A stretch of DNA of 9,423 bases. It comes from Octopus sinensis (Eukaryota). A program made the position numbers and the translations under genes. The stretch lies in NCBI RefSeq assembly GCF_006345805.1, contig NW_021827938.1:1-9423 (forward strand), read 5' to 3'. Below the pieces are notes generated by a model, which did no database searches, was not told the origin of the DNA, and saw only the letters and a program-made list of their open reading frames with translations. How positions within the stretch are numbered: the first letter of the stretch is position 1; each line of letters opens with the position of its first letter. Positions 8,141-9,423 of the stretch are shown here, in pieces.

Positions 8141-8476
8141 ATATTGTTGTATATGAATCGTCATTTTGCCAGTTTAGCCAATAAAAAAAAAGCACTATAT
8201 ATTTGGTGTTACTTAGCTTCAGTGTTATTTATTTTTTATATTAATCTTATTTCGGCCAGAGTTCTTTCGTCACACTCCTGTGACCGCATCAGTGGTCCTT
8301 TGTTTTCTTCTTACTTATTTGTGTCTCTCCTTACTAAGCGTCAGCCATTTTGTATTTCTATTGTATGTCTTCATTTGCGCATGTTTATATCTCTATGTGC
8401 GTTTATGTTTATTTAGTGCGTGTGTGTGGGGGATGCCTGTAATATTTGTATCTTCTGTTTATATATGTTCATGTAA
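8141..8476 (-). mobile_element. Interspersed repeat copy 2, direct repeat with 6652-6996
   Basis: Matches copy 1 at an offset of 1480 bp over most of its length. Confidence 0.75.
8256..8295 (-). ncRNA. Hammerhead-like motif, identical to 6776-6815
   Basis: Same 40 nt. Here stem I can extend as GG-a-CCA/UGG-CC. Confidence 0.5.
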
Positions 8477-8531
8477 AAACGAAATAGTAATATATCGTTA
8501 ATGCGATATCAACAAGGTTTATCCAACTTAC

Positions 8532-8603
8532 AGATATTTTAAATTGCGCAGATTATCGAAGGATCCTATTTGAATTTTCTTGATATTATTTCCTCTCAAA
8601 TAT
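8532..8603 (-). CDS. 72-nt leucine-rich repeat exon, phase 2-2
   Basis: tttttatgttacag|A TAT TTG AGA GGA AAT AAT ATC...AAA TAT CT|gtaagt translates as xYLRGNNIKKIQIGSFDNLRNLKY(L). This is a typical LxLxxNxIxxIxxxxFxxLxxLxxL repeat with consensus splice sites and the canonical 72-nt length. It is absent from the ORF track. Confidence 0.93.
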
Positions 8604-8817
8604 CTGTAACATAAAAAGTTAGTTGGTAAAACAACGCGGAGAAGTGTTTAATACTAGTAGTTCTGGTAATAATAGTAGTTGTAGAATAAGTAAAGTGGAG
8701 TTGGTGCTGGTAGGAAGTTTAGGAAGGGAAGCAGGAAAAGGAAGAAGATAAAGAAGATAAAGAACAGGAAGGTGAACAATATGTAATGAGTATTTGAATG
8801 TTAGGTAAACGAATGTG

Positions 8818-9117
8818 TAGGCACATGGCCTAGTTGTAAGCGCAGCGGGCTCGCGGTCGAGGGATCGCGGGTTCGAATCTCAGACCGGGTGATGTGTGTG
8901 TTTATGAGCGAAACACCCAAGCTCCACGCGGCTCCGGCAGAAGGTAATGGCGAACTTCTACTGACTCTTTCGCCACATCTTTCTCTCATTCTTTCCTCCT
9001 GCATCTTGCAGCTCACCTGCGATGGACTGGCGTCCCATCCAGGTGGGGAACCTATACGCCAAGGAAACCGGGAAACTGGCCCTTATGAGCCAGGGATGGC
9101 TCGAGAAGAAACAAAAA
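8818..9117 (+). mobile_element. Full-length tRNA-derived SINE (octopus OR-type) with Pol III A and B boxes
   Basis: An A-box-like tggcctagttg lies at 8826 and the B box ggttcgaatct at 8870-8880. The core is shared with 7166-7481 but the tail differs (cctgcgatggactggcgtcccatccagg...gaaaccggg), and the end is A-rich. Confidence 0.85.
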
Positions 9118-9423
9118 AGGTAAACGATTGTTTAGAAAACAAAGAACATGAAGTGTAGAAGAAAGATATTCACCATTAAAACGATTGTAAGAACATGATT
9201 ATATATGCAGGAGGATGTGAGAAAGAAGATCATCACAACCCACACTCCTTCACTTCTTTCACAAAAACACATTCAGCCACACGGAGAGAAACTATGGAGA
9301 AAACTATGGCGAGAGAGAAAAAAGGAGAGAGTGAAAGTAAGAAGTGAGATAGAGAGGAAAGAGAATGAGAAAACAAAATTTAAAGATATATGGGGAATCA
9401 GATAGTACGATACAAAGTGACCC

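Noticed and set aside
8820-8892. tRNA gene
   Set aside because: It has A and B boxes but continues into a SINE body, with no clean cloverleaf or terminator.
9121-9310. Short duplications (aaacgattgt...aagaacatga twice; gaaactatgg and aaaactatgg)
   Set aside because: These are small local slippage events in purine-rich sequence with no larger structure.

Overview
AT-rich eukaryotic genomic DNA dense in microsatellites. The SINE families resemble those I recall from octopus, so the source is probably a coleoid cephalopod (inference). Most ORFs in the supplied track are simple-repeat artefacts. The real content is: (1) two minus-strand host exons, a 72-nt leucine-rich-repeat exon (8532-8603) and an adhesion/secretin-class GPCR exon covering ECL2 to TM7 (5950-6343), which has an in-frame TAG at the conserved TM6 Trp; (2) a decayed Tx1/L1-type LINE endonuclease fragment and a decayed Penelope-like (Neptune-type) reverse transcriptase fragment; (3) several tRNA-derived SINE copies; (4) seven type I hammerhead-ribozyme-like motifs from about five sequence families. 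Two of these motifs sit back to back in a perfect 279-bp palindrome (2840-3118), and three lie in the sense orientation of the host gene between its two exons. All structures were read by eye and no searches were run.
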